From: a virus
Taxonomy: Duplodnaviria; Caudoviricetes
Direction: 5' to 3' (one strand)
Virus record (IMG/VR): IMGVR_UViG_3300020471_000006
Span: 138,520 to 202,519 of that record
Length of the DNA: 64,000 nt
The position numbers were made by a program, and so were the translations under genes. The stretch's first letter is position 1. Each line of letters begins with the position of its first letter. Below, one piece after another: positions 9,657 to 19,427 of the stretch. The notes under the pieces are model-generated. The model worked only from the letters and a program-made list of their open reading frames with translations. It did no database searches and was not told where the DNA came from.

Positions 9657-10410
9657 GACTTGTATAGACAAATACGTTTATGGCAGGTGTACAAGGTTAA
9701 GTCCTGAAGCACCTGTACCAGTAATGGAATACATTCGTACTGAAACAGCAGACGGAATGGCAAGTAATGTAAGACAAAACCTCTTGTCATTTGGTGTGGA
9801 TGTATATTTGATGACCAATGAATTAAAACCAGTCAAGACTAGATTTGTAGATGAAAGATCTAATCAACAACTGATGAGATTGGATGAGAATGATGAGGTT
9901 GCTGACTATGGATGGGAGTTACCAACTGGTGATACTTATCCTACTGGTACACCACATACAGAACCTATTGGTGAACCATTTGATGCCATGATCATATCTG
10001 ATTATGACAAAGGATTTTTATCAGAAGAAAAGATCTTTGAATTGGTAGAAGCATTCAATGGTCCTGTATTCATAGACAGTAAGAAAAGTAAACTACCTAA
10101 GAAAGGATGCTTCATCAAGATCAATGATTTAGAAAACTCTAAGTTAAAAGGTATATACAGAAATAAGATTGTTACTAAAGGTTCTGCTGGTGCTGAGTAT
10201 AAAGGAAAGATATATCCAGGTGAAGCAGTTCCTTGTTTTGATGTAGCAGGTGCAGGAGATACATTCCTTTGTGCTTTGGTTTACTTTTACTTAGAGTATG
10301 GTAAAATAGAAAAAGCAATTCCTTATGCTAATAAGGCTGCTGCTATAGCAGTTCAAAATCATGGTACATACGTTCTTTCTGGAGATGATATAGATGATAT
10401 ACGTAGTTGA
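9577..10410 (+). CDS. Heptose-7-phosphate kinase (HldE/RfaE domain I, PfkB family)
   Basis: VIVIGETCIDKYVYG...RLSPEAPVPV, ISDYDKG, DVAGAGDTF. Start is ATG 9577 or GTG 9571. Confidence 0.85.
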   Translation: MQRELSSSIGSENIPQQKQYKVIVIGETCIDKYVYGRCTRLSPEAPVPVMEYIRTETADGMASNVRQNLLSFGVDVYLMTNELKPVKTRFVDERSNQQLMRLDENDEVADYGWELPTGDTYPTGTPHTEPIGEPFDAMIISDYDKGFLSEEKIFELVEAFNGPVFIDSKKSKLPKKGCFIKINDLENSKLKGIYRNKIVTKGSAGAEYKGKIYPGEAVPCFDVAGAGDTFLCALVYFYLEYGKIEKAIPYANKAAAIAVQNHGTYVLSGDDIDDIRS

Positions 10411-10714
10411 TATAGATGGTACTATAAGTAATTGTCCTACAGGACAATACGAAAAATCCGAACCAATGATGGATCGGATAGAGAAGTTAAATAAAATATA
10501 CGACGAAGGTAACAGTATTATTTTTTATACTGCCAGAGGTATGGGTAGATTTGAAGGTGATGGGATTAAAGCACATGAAGCATTCTATGATCTAACCTTC
10601 AATCAACTCAAGTCATGGGGGTGTAAGTTTGATGAGTTACACATGGGTAAATTTCATGCACATTATTTCATAGATGATAAAGGAGTGAATTCAGATGATT
10701 TCTTCAATACTTGA
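10394..10714 (+). CDS. HAD-family phosphatase (candidate GmhB-like step)
   Basis: VVDIDGT motif I, YTARG, GK, FIDDK. Confidence 0.7.
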   Translation: MIYVVDIDGTISNCPTGQYEKSEPMMDRIEKLNKIYDEGNSIIFYTARGMGRFEGDGIKAHEAFYDLTFNQLKSWGCKFDELHMGKFHAHYFIDDKGVNSDDFFNT

Positions 10715-11243
10715 ACCCGAAGATCTTCTTGATCCGTTTACTGTTGATTGGATCAATAAAGAACTTTATGAATATCCTGTATCATATGGACACAGAGCTT
10801 GTGATGATGGAGATGATTTTTTCGGAAGAATATTCTTTTGGGGTGAATGGCGTGAACAGTTCCATCAGAAGAACCTACCAGCCAGTGTAGATTACTTAAC
10901 TAATTTTGTAGCCACATGGTTACCATCTGCAACTAATAAAGAATTTGTAGATCTAAGAAGAATTGTATTGAATGCTGCATGTCCTAATCAACGTGGAGGT
11001 GTGCATTGGGATTCTAATGACCCATCAGTCTGGACTGTGCTATACTATATTACTGATAGTTCTGGTGATACCAACATATACGATGGAGATTTTGAAGAAG
11101 GTGTTGAGGCAAGAAACCTTGTCCACACATGTAAATACAAGCAAGGAAAGTTTGTTGCTTTTCCTTCTACCTATATTCATAATGCGGAGGCCCCAGAATC
11201 AGGATGGAGAATGAGTTTAGCGTGGGGTATTCAACTCCGATGA
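10695..11243 (+). CDS. 2OG-Fe(II) oxygenase
   Basis: VHWD, TVLYYI, GDT, FVAFPSTYIHNA...R. Confidence 0.75.
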   Translation: MISSILEPEDLLDPFTVDWINKELYEYPVSYGHRACDDGDDFFGRIFFWGEWREQFHQKNLPASVDYLTNFVATWLPSATNKEFVDLRRIVLNAACPNQRGGVHWDSNDPSVWTVLYYITDSSGDTNIYDGDFEEGVEARNLVHTCKYKQGKFVAFPSTYIHNAEAPESGWRMSLAWGIQLR

Positions 11244-11581
11244 AGATTGTACAGAAAGGTTGGGGATATGAGAAGTGGATCTGCAATTCTGAAAAGTATT
11301 GTGGGAAGCTTCTATTCTTTAATGCAGGTAAGAAGTGTTCATACCATTATCACAAGATTAAAGATGAAACATTCTATGTTCAGAGTGGTGAACTAAAGAT
11401 GACCTATGGTTATAGAGATGATTTTATTGATGCAGACACAATCATATTAAAACCAGGAGATAAGTTTTACATACCTCCTGGTCTTAGACATATGATGGAA
11501 GGCATCACAGACGTAGAACTATTCGAATTTTCTACAGAGCATTTTGAGGAGGACTCGTACCGTGTTCTAAGGGGTGATTAA
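11240..11581 (+). CDS. Cupin-fold sugar isomerase-like protein
   Basis: KGWGYEKW, SYHYHKIKDETFYVQSGE, IPPGLRHMM. Start placed at the ATGA overlap at 11240. Confidence 0.75.
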   Translation: MKIVQKGWGYEKWICNSEKYCGKLLFFNAGKKCSYHYHKIKDETFYVQSGELKMTYGYRDDFIDADTIILKPGDKFYIPPGLRHMMEGITDVELFEFSTEHFEEDSYRVLRGD

Positions 11582-12356
11582 TATAGTCCTCTACATTTGT
11601 AAATTCATACTTATTAGCCCAGAACATATCTGCACAGGTATAGAATTGATATTTTCCTTGTAAGTGTACAGGGAAATCTATCTCTTCTATCTGTGCATTA
11701 TATTTGTCTGCAATTATTTCAGCAATATCTCTGAAGGAATGTGGGTGTCCTGTACCAAGATCATATACTCCTGATTCCAATTGGTTGTTCAGAACTAAGT
11801 CAACAACATCACCAACGTATATAAAGTCTCTAACCATCTTCTCAGAGTTCTTAAAGATTTTAATTTTACCTGTCATCTTTGCTTCCTCAGTAAATTTACT
11901 GATAGGACTGCGTTGGTTTCCTTTATGCTCTTCACCTTCTCCATATACATTGAAGAATCTGAATCCTTGAATATTTTCAAATAGATCTATATTGTCTTGT
12001 ACCCAGTAGTCTACTTGAACTTTTGATATAGCATAGTAATTCAAAGGATTGATATTACCTGCTGAGTTTCCATAGACAGATGCAGACGAGGCATACTTAA
12101 CTGGTATACCTAGTTCTATTGCTTTCTTAAATAGTCTTATTGAAAACTCAGTATTGTAAATTGTGATCTTTCCAATATCAGTTTCTGTTGTACTTGATAT
12201 TGCTCCCATGTGAATGATTTCATCGATATCATCCCAGACAGGTAGGTTGTCTAGTAACTGAAAAGCGTTTCCCATTTCAAACCCGATGAATTTTCCATCA
12301 AGTTGATCGGCAAACTTCTTTCCGATGAACCCATTGCATCCTGTAAGAATTTTCAT
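11532..12356 (-). CDS. hldD: ADP-L-glycero-D-manno-heptose-6-epimerase
   Basis: TGCNGFIG, HMGAISSTTETD, YASSASVYG, PLNYYAISK, FRFFNVYG.GE.HKG, RDFIYVGD, YQFYTCAD. Confidence 0.85.
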   Translation of the reverse strand: MKILTGCNGFIGKKFADQLDGKFIGFEMGNAFQLLDNLPVWDDIDEIIHMGAISSTTETDIGKITIYNTEFSIRLFKKAIELGIPVKYASSASVYGNSAGNINPLNYYAISKVQVDYWVQDNIDLFENIQGFRFFNVYGEGEEHKGNQRSPISKFTEEAKMTGKIKIFKNSEKMVRDFIYVGDVVDLVLNNQLESGVYDLGTGHPHSFRDIAEIIADKYNAQIEEIDFPVHLQGKYQFYTCADMFWANKYEFTNVEDYINHPLEHGTSPPQNAL

Positions 12357-12363
12357 ATAAATA
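12356..12363 (+). promoter_or_regulatory. Late promoter TATAAATA overlapping the hldD start codon on the opposite strand
   Basis: Exact motif 31 nt upstream of ORF 12395. Confidence 0.7.
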
Positions 12364-12394
12364 ACTAACGATTGTAATATAAACCCCCAAAGTT

Positions 12395-13525
12395 ATGGCT
12401 ACTTATGGTGCTCTAGCAGCTATAGTCCCACCAGTCAAGACTAGGACAGTTCTTCATGAGGCTCCAGCAGCAAAGCTGGTAGAGGCAAAAATTTCAATAT
12501 CTCACCAAAGTCCATACCCAGTAAGAGTAAGGATCGGAGTTTCAAGTGGTGCGTTGTTGGCTTTCGCTCCATCGAACTACATCCTATATGACATGGAGAT
12601 TCAGTCTGGAGAGACTTATGAAACTCAAACTATGTACTATGCCAATGGGCAAAGTCTGATTGTATATAGTGATTACGAAACTACCTCTTTCTTGGTACAT
12701 GGAGAAGTTGTTGATAACCCAGTTGGTTCTGGATTCTTAAATTCTGCTCTTGTAACTACTGCTAGAACTAATACTAGTATCTACACAGTACCTACTGGTG
12801 AAGACGTAGAACTTTCGATCTTCGTTTCTAACCAGAGTCACACTCCTTCTAGATTCAGAATAGGAATCTTAGAGGATGGACAAACAGAATTACAGACTTC
12901 AAACTACTTAAATTATAACACGAAACTATTTCCTAGAACATTCTATCAGAGAACTGACATTAAAGCAACAGGAGATCAACAGATTATTGTGTGGGCTGAG
13001 GATGCCAACATAATGAGTTTTGCTGTATATGGTAAGTTTAAGTATAACATTATTGCAACTGACTTCAGTGTTAATGGGAACTTTACTGTTGTTGGAGACT
13101 CTGATTTACAACAAAATGTTGGTGTTGGTGGAACTCTTGACGTTACAGGAGCTGCAACTTTTCTTGATGCTGTCACTGTAGACGGTGAACTAGGAGCCAA
13201 AAGTGGTATCAAAGGTGGTGCTGATTTAACTACTCCTACCTTTAGTGTTTCTGCTGCTGGTGCTATTGCTGGTGCTAGTGCTTCTGTTACATCTGCTCTT
13301 GCTTGTGGTACTACCTTCGGGGTTGGTGGTACTAAGTTCACAGTAGATGCAGATGGTAACACAGTTGTAGATGGAACCTTAGATGTACACAGTGGTGTTA
13401 CTGCTGATCTAAGTCTTCTAAATAATAAAATAACGAATCTAGGTAGAGCTACTGCGCCAGGGGATGCAATGTCCAAGACTGCTGTAGACTCCCAAGTAAC
13501 TGCATTAGCAATTGCACTTTCATAA
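12395..13525 (+). CDS. Fibre-like virion structural protein
   Basis: Duplicated N-terminal domain; VGGTLDVTG-type beta repeats; NKITNLG.ATAPGDA..K stalk motif; ALAIALS C-terminus. Confidence 0.6.
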   Translation: MATYGALAAIVPPVKTRTVLHEAPAAKLVEAKISISHQSPYPVRVRIGVSSGALLAFAPSNYILYDMEIQSGETYETQTMYYANGQSLIVYSDYETTSFLVHGEVVDNPVGSGFLNSALVTTARTNTSIYTVPTGEDVELSIFVSNQSHTPSRFRIGILEDGQTELQTSNYLNYNTKLFPRTFYQRTDIKATGDQQIIVWAEDANIMSFAVYGKFKYNIIATDFSVNGNFTVVGDSDLQQNVGVGGTLDVTGAATFLDAVTVDGELGAKSGIKGGADLTTPTFSVSAAGAIAGASASVTSALACGTTFGVGGTKFTVDADGNTVVDGTLDVHSGVTADLSLLNNKITNLGRATAPGDAMSKTAVDSQVTALAIALS

Positions 13526-13548
13526 AAAAGATCGAGGGAAATTAAAAA

Positions 13549-16500
13549 ATGGCTAAAAGGCAAATAAGAGACTACGTTTTCTCACCTGGTCTTTCTGGTG
13601 CTGGAACATTGAAGGTTTTGGATAAAGTCAGTCCTGACCAGATTCTGCTGATCACAAACGTTACAGCAAACGTTGTACTTTATAACTTTGCTGATAACTC
13701 TCAACAGATAGCAGCAGCGTTCACGGAAACATCTGATGGATCTGATCCAGACTTCCCTTTCGCTAGTACGTTATCAAACGGTGTAACTACCATTACATTC
13801 CTGTTTGATACTTCAACATATTCTAATACTGATAACTTAATCATCTTTATTGAAGGTGATGAAGTTAAGATGAGACCATACGACTTCGGTACAGACGCTA
13901 TTGAACGTATGCGTTTTGCTGAGCCTCTTAGTATGCTTGATGCTGACTTTGAGTATGGTATTCAGCCAACTAAATGGCAGACAATTGACCTAGTACGTGG
14001 ATATCCATCTTCCTTCGAGTTTCCAGGTGCTGATGTTGCTGTTAGTTCAATTACAACCGATGCTTCTACAAACAGTGGTGGTATAGGTCCATCTCTTATT
14101 ACAGTAGATACTGAATTGGAACATGGATTCTCTGTTGGTGATCCTGTTACACTTAAGGGTGTTAATGATGGTGTAGAGGGATTCGCTAAGGCAGAAGGTT
14201 CATTCATTATTAGTGATGTTCCAAGTACATCTCAGTTTACTTTCTATGCAAAGGGTAAGGTAGGTCTATCACCTGCTACTAGTCTATTATCTGGATTTGT
14301 TCAGTTAAGGAAAGCAGGTTTCTATACTGGTGCTTCATTAGGAAGCCCTACTCTAGCAGTAGAATCTAATGGTGCTTCTGGTCAAATATCAACTAGAGGT
14401 AATACTGCTGCTGGTGAAAATAGAATTGGTATCAATGCTCCAGGATCACCTCCTCCAATTGGTGCTCCTCTTTCTGCAGCTGGATTACAAGCTGGTACAC
14501 AGATAACTGGTTATGTGGGTTCTGATACCGCTATTAATATTACAACATCATTCACAGCACCTGTTTCTACAATCGTTCTTAACGATACAACAGGAATTGA
14601 TATTGGTGCTGCTCTAGATAACGGTTCTGGAACTACAATTTTTGTTACAAACATCGAAACAAATACTATATCTCTATCTGCACCATATACAGCAGACAGA
14701 ACTGGTAACAGTTTCATCTCTACACCAACATCACCAACTACACTTAACTTTGGTAATGGTACTGGAGCATCATTTGATATACAAAGAACTTCTGGTGCAT
14801 ACACTGGTGTTGATATTAAACAGACAGTAATGTATGATAATGTTCCAGTAGATACGTATAGTGGACAAGGAACCAATGCTACCTTTAACGTTGAAAGGGA
14901 TGGTACTGCTGGTTCAGCATCTTATGCGAATGTGTTTGTATCTAACAGTGGTAGTACATACTCTGCTACAGAAACAATTGTTATCTTAGGTACTAACTTA
15001 GGTGGTGCTACACCAACTAACGACTTGACTATTACAATTGATTCTGTTGATGTTAACGGTCAAATTCAAAGTATTACTCCTAGTGGTACAGCAGCAGAAG
15101 GAACTCCTTACGCTGGAACTGGATATGCTGTTGGGGAACAAATTGTTATCTATGGTAATGTTCTTGGTGGACAGTCACCAGCTCATGACTTAAACATCTT
15201 CATTAAAACAGTTGGTGCTGCTGGTGAAATTCTTACCTTTACTCCTATTGGTCAAGGTATCTTCTCTACTCAGGAATATAATAACGTAACTGGTGCTGCT
15301 GGATCTGGTGTTGGTATCAACTCATCATTCAGAGTTACTAGAACAGGTTCTGGTAGTAAGATAGCACAGATTGATGATGTCGAAGTTGGTGGAATAATAG
15401 AATTTGAAGATTTCTTCTCAATTCAAATAACTGATACTGCAACAAGTACAGTTGAAACATTTACTTATGATGCTGCTACTAATGATGGTATAACAGAAGT
15501 AAGGAACGGACTTATTAATGCTATCAATGATCTTTCTACTGGTTCTGCTTTCGTAAGAGCAAGTGCTGGATCTCCTTCTCAGACTGGTCTTGCAAAAGTA
15601 CAATTGACTGCTATAGTTGCTGGTCAAGCATACTCTGTAGTTGCAACTACTACTGAAGGTGGAGGTGGTACTGCTGATGATCAAACCATTTCTCATGCAA
15701 ACTTTATTCCCAATGAGAATACAACAACCACACCAACATATAGTGCTGTTATAATCAACCCTGGTTCTAGTTACCAACCTAATGATACTGTTATCATTGA
15801 TGGTGGAGTCTTAGGTGGTGAAACTGCTACTAATGACTTAACTGTTACTGTAACCAGTGTTGGTGCATCTGGTGAGATCACTGCATTCAGTATTGGTGGT
15901 ACAGCAGCAGACGGTAATGCAACATTCGAGTCACTTACTGCAAACAATATAGCATTTAATGCAACATTCCTACCTAAAATTTCTGGTGGTAACTATGCTC
16001 CTGAAATTGCTAATGGTGGTAGTGGATATCAAATTGGTTATCAATTCTTAATCGGTGGTCAAGAACTTGGTGGTGATCCAACCATTAACGATATGACTAT
16101 CACTGTCACAGACATTGATTATCTAACTGGAGAGATTACTGCTATCACTGCATCTGGTACTCCAGTATCAGGAGAGAGTATTGCATTCTATCCATCTGTT
16201 TCTTTATCTGCTACAACTAGTGGTATTATTAATAATGGTACTAATATAACTTACTCTGCTATTGCAAGAATAAGTGCAACATTCGCTAACAATCATGGAT
16301 TGGTTCCAGGAAATACAATCCTTGCTGCTATTGATTCTACTGGTAATAACCATGATCTTGCTTCAGGACCATTCTTTATTGAAGAAGTTCCTAACTTAAA
16401 CAAGTTTGTTTATACTACAAGAACTACTGGTACTATTGATACTAATACTGCTCTTACTGGTGAACTCTATACTAGACCAGATTGTTTCTATACACACAGA

Positions 16501-18609
16501 CCATTTGACGGTGGTGTGCAACTAGGAACAGGTTCACCATCACACGGTGCTCAGGCGATTCGTCAATCTAAGAAATATATCAGATACCAGTCAGGTAAAG
16601 GTATTCAGTATACTACTGGTGCTTTGTTCGCTCCTTCATATGACTTAAGATCAGTTAGTGCTGATGGTACTACTCTTGGTAGTGTTATAACTGTAGTTAC
16701 TGATGACGTTGATCATGGTCTACAGGTTGGTGCTGAGATTGCTCTTAATGGTATAACAACTGCTGGATATAATGGTCATTATATTGTTGCAAGTATCGTT
16801 AATGAAATTACATTGACTGTCTTAGCTACAGGAACACTTGCTGATACTAATGCTGAGTTTGGTCAACAACCAAGTATATCTCTGTATAAGTGGAAAGGTT
16901 CTACTGTAAGATCTGGTGCGTTCGATGATCAGAATGGTATCTTCTTCCAGTATGATGGAACAAACTTATCTGTTGGTCTAAGATCTTCTACATTCCAGAT
17001 TGCTGGTACTGTAAGTGCTCAACCAGATAACAACCTTATATCAGGAACTAATACTAAGTTCACTGAACAGTTAACTACTGGTGATAGATTAGTTATTCGT
17101 GGAATGAGTCATGTTGTTACTTCTATTATAGACGATACAAATATGACAGTTAACCCTGACTACAGGGGTGCGGTTGGTGCAGTTAATACAAAGGCTGCAT
17201 TGACTAAGGATATTATTATTCCACAAGCACAATGGAACATTGACAAATGTGATGGTACTGGTAAGTCAGGATACGAACTTCAGATCAATACCATGCAGAT
17301 GATTGGATTCCAGTATACATGGTATGGTGCTGGATTTATTGACTGGATGTTCAGAGGTCCATCAGGTAACTTTGTGTTCGCACACAGACTTAAGAACAAC
17401 AACAGGAACAGAGAAGCATTCATGCGTTCAGGTAACTTACCTGTTAGGTATGAGGTTCTAAACGAAGGACCAAGAACTAAATTGACAACCTCTGTTACTG
17501 ATAGTTTTACTGATTATCTTCCAGTTGAAGATGTAACTCTATTCCCAGAAACAGGTGTTGTATATGTTGGTAACGAATTGATTCGTTATTCTTCTAGGAA
17601 TACAACACTTAACAGATTGGTTGGTCTTACAAGAACAGCAAACTTGAACAACTATACTGCTGGAGCAAACAGAACATACACTGCTGGTGTAGCAGATTCT
17701 TATACTAAGAACGAGGGTGTTATCCTACTCACCACTACTGCAACACCACAGATTAACCACTGGGGTTCTGCATATCTAACAGATGGTGGCTTCGATGAAG
17801 ATAGAGGATACCTCTTCAACTATCAGGAATCTGAGATTGAGATCTCAGTCACACCGTATACGGTCTTCCTAATCCGTCTATCACCTAGTGTGTCTAACGC
17901 ACTGACTGGTGACTTGGGTGAGAGAGAACTAATCAACAGAGCACAGTTGCTACTGAAGAGTGTAGAAATCACTACACAGGGTGGTAGTTCTTCTCAGGGA
18001 GTTATCGTTGAAGGAATTCTAAACCCGATTAACTATCCATCAAACCCTGTTGACATTACTTGGGGTGGTTTGAATACATCTGGTGAAGGTGGACAACCAT
18101 CATTTGCTCAGATTGCATCTGGATCTAGTGCTAACTGGAGTGCTGGTGGTGCTAACATTACTGCTGTTAACCGAAATAGTAGGAACTACTGGGGTAGGTG
18201 GGTTCTTTTCAACAAGACTGACGTTCAGGGAGTTCAGGTAGGTATGCAGGCGACTGGTGGACAACTACCTGGTGGTTCTAGTGTATCAAGAATACAGAAT
18301 GCTAATAGTACTCAAGTATGGATAATCTTCTCTCAGAGCACAATTCCAGGAAATGCAGGTAGTACAACATATACATTCATTGTTCCTCCATATGCTCAGC
18401 CAGGCGAACGAATCTTCTCCTTCGTGGCATCACCAGGACAAAGGGATGGTATTGACTTGACCGAACTTAAAGAGTTAACTAATACTCCTATTGGTGGTCG
18501 AGGTACATTCCCTAATGGTCCTGACGTTCTAGCAATCAACGTTTATTGTACATCAGGTAACGCATTCAACAGCACGATCAACCTCAGATGGGGTGAAGCA
18601 CAAGCATAG
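13549..18609 (+). CDS. Large (1686 aa) virion structural protein with internal repeats
   Basis: Thr/Gly/Ser-rich; four GxxY...LGG..P.NDL.I.V repeats; immediately upstream of neck genes. Confidence 0.7.
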   Translation: MAKRQIRDYVFSPGLSGAGTLKVLDKVSPDQILLITNVTANVVLYNFADNSQQIAAAFTETSDGSDPDFPFASTLSNGVTTITFLFDTSTYSNTDNLIIFIEGDEVKMRPYDFGTDAIERMRFAEPLSMLDADFEYGIQPTKWQTIDLVRGYPSSFEFPGADVAVSSITTDASTNSGGIGPSLITVDTELEHGFSVGDPVTLKGVNDGVEGFAKAEGSFIISDVPSTSQFTFYAKGKVGLSPATSLLSGFVQLRKAGFYTGASLGSPTLAVESNGASGQISTRGNTAAGENRIGINAPGSPPPIGAPLSAAGLQAGTQITGYVGSDTAINITTSFTAPVSTIVLNDTTGIDIGAALDNGSGTTIFVTNIETNTISLSAPYTADRTGNSFISTPTSPTTLNFGNGTGASFDIQRTSGAYTGVDIKQTVMYDNVPVDTYSGQGTNATFNVERDGTAGSASYANVFVSNSGSTYSATETIVILGTNLGGATPTNDLTITIDSVDVNGQIQSITPSGTAAEGTPYAGTGYAVGEQIVIYGNVLGGQSPAHDLNIFIKTVGAAGEILTFTPIGQGIFSTQEYNNVTGAAGSGVGINSSFRVTRTGSGSKIAQIDDVEVGGIIEFEDFFSIQITDTATSTVETFTYDAATNDGITEVRNGLINAINDLSTGSAFVRASAGSPSQTGLAKVQLTAIVAGQAYSVVATTTEGGGGTADDQTISHANFIPNENTTTTPTYSAVIINPGSSYQPNDTVIIDGGVLGGETATNDLTVTVTSVGASGEITAFSIGGTAADGNATFESLTANNIAFNATFLPKISGGNYAPEIANGGSGYQIGYQFLIGGQELGGDPTINDMTITVTDIDYLTGEITAITASGTPVSGESIAFYPSVSLSATTSGIINNGTNITYSAIARISATFANNHGLVPGNTILAAIDSTGNNHDLASGPFFIEEVPNLNKFVYTTRTTGTIDTNTALTGELYTRPDCFYTHRPFDGGVQLGTGSPSHGAQAIRQSKKYIRYQSGKGIQYTTGALFAPSYDLRSVSADGTTLGSVITVVTDDVDHGLQVGAEIALNGITTAGYNGHYIVASIVNEITLTVLATGTLADTNAEFGQQPSISLYKWKGSTVRSGAFDDQNGIFFQYDGTNLSVGLRSSTFQIAGTVSAQPDNNLISGTNTKFTEQLTTGDRLVIRGMSHVVTSIIDDTNMTVNPDYRGAVGAVNTKAALTKDIIIPQAQWNIDKCDGTGKSGYELQINTMQMIGFQYTWYGAGFIDWMFRGPSGNFVFAHRLKNNNRNREAFMRSGNLPVRYEVLNEGPRTKLTTSVTDSFTDYLPVEDVTLFPETGVVYVGNELIRYSSRNTTLNRLVGLTRTANLNNYTAGANRTYTAGVADSYTKNEGVILLTTTATPQINHWGSAYLTDGGFDEDRGYLFNYQESEIEISVTPYTVFLIRLSPSVSNALTGDLGERELINRAQLLLKSVEITTQGGSSSQGVIVEGILNPINYPSNPVDITWGGLNTSGEGGQPSFAQIASGSSANWSAGGANITAVNRNSRNYWGRWVLFNKTDVQGVQVGMQATGGQLPGGSSVSRIQNANSTQVWIIFSQSTIPGNAGSTTYTFIVPPYAQPGERIFSFVASPGQRDGIDLTELKELTNTPIGGRGTFPNGPDVLAINVYCTSGNAFNSTINLRWGEAQA

Positions 18610-18617
18610 GAGGTCAT

Positions 18618-19427
18618 ATGGCACAACCAGCTAGTAGAACACAATTAGCAGATTACTGCAAAAGACAATTAGGTGCTCCTGTACTTGAAATCAATGTTGA
18701 TGATGATCAAGTAAGTGATGCTATCGATGACGCTCTCCAATATTACAGGGAGCGTCATTATGATGGTATGGAGTTGATGTACCTAAAACATAAGATCACC
18801 GCAGCAGACAAAGCTAGATTTGATCTTAAATCTGAGACTATCATGACAGATGCTGATAGTACTAAGTGGGAACGATCAGATAATTATATCAATATCCCTG
18901 AGCATGTAATGGGGATATCTAAAGTATTTGGATTAGCAAGTAATGCTATCCGTAACAACCTATTTGGTATCGAGTATCAGATCTTCTTGAATGACCTGTA
19001 TGCTTTTGGTTCTCTTGATATGCTTAACTACTTTATGGTTAAGCAGTGGTTAGAAACTATTGACATGGTTTTAAACAATGGAGCATTTGTTGAGTATAGG
19101 TTTAACCAGAGACAAGATAGATTGTATCTTGACATTGATGAATCAATGCTGACAGAAGAATTGTATCTTGTCATACAATGCTATAGAGCATTAGAACCAG
19201 ATACTTTCACACAAGTTTATAATGATCCTTTCGTAAAACAATATTCTACTGCTAAGATAAAGAGGCAGTGGGGTCAGAATCTAATCAAGTTTCAAGGTGT
19301 TAACCTACCAGGTGGTGTTCAACTTAATGGTAGAGAATTGTTCAATGATGCTAACGATGAAATTGCAAGACTAATGGAAATGTCTTCAAGCACCTATGAA
19401 CTACCACCTATGGACATGATAGGATGA
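18618..19427 (+). CDS. gp13: Neck protein gp13
   Basis: LGAPVLEINV, KRQWGQNLIKF.GVNLPGGVQLNG; synteny. Confidence 0.92.
   Translation: MAQPASRTQLADYCKRQLGAPVLEINVDDDQVSDAIDDALQYYRERHYDGMELMYLKHKITAADKARFDLKSETIMTDADSTKWERSDNYINIPEHVMGISKVFGLASNAIRNNLFGIEYQIFLNDLYAFGSLDMLNYFMVKQWLETIDMVLNNGAFVEYRFNQRQDRLYLDIDESMLTEELYLVIQCYRALEPDTFTQVYNDPFVKQYSTAKIKRQWGQNLIKFQGVNLPGGVQLNGRELFNDANDEIARLMEMSSSTYELPPMDMIG

Noticed and set aside
12976-13563. 195 aa minus-strand ORF and similar antisense ORFs over the 1686 aa protein and gp18 (e.g. 14511-14876, 24894-26138)
   Set aside because: Shadow frames of Gly/Thr/Ala/Val-rich plus-strand genes; no motifs and no start signals.
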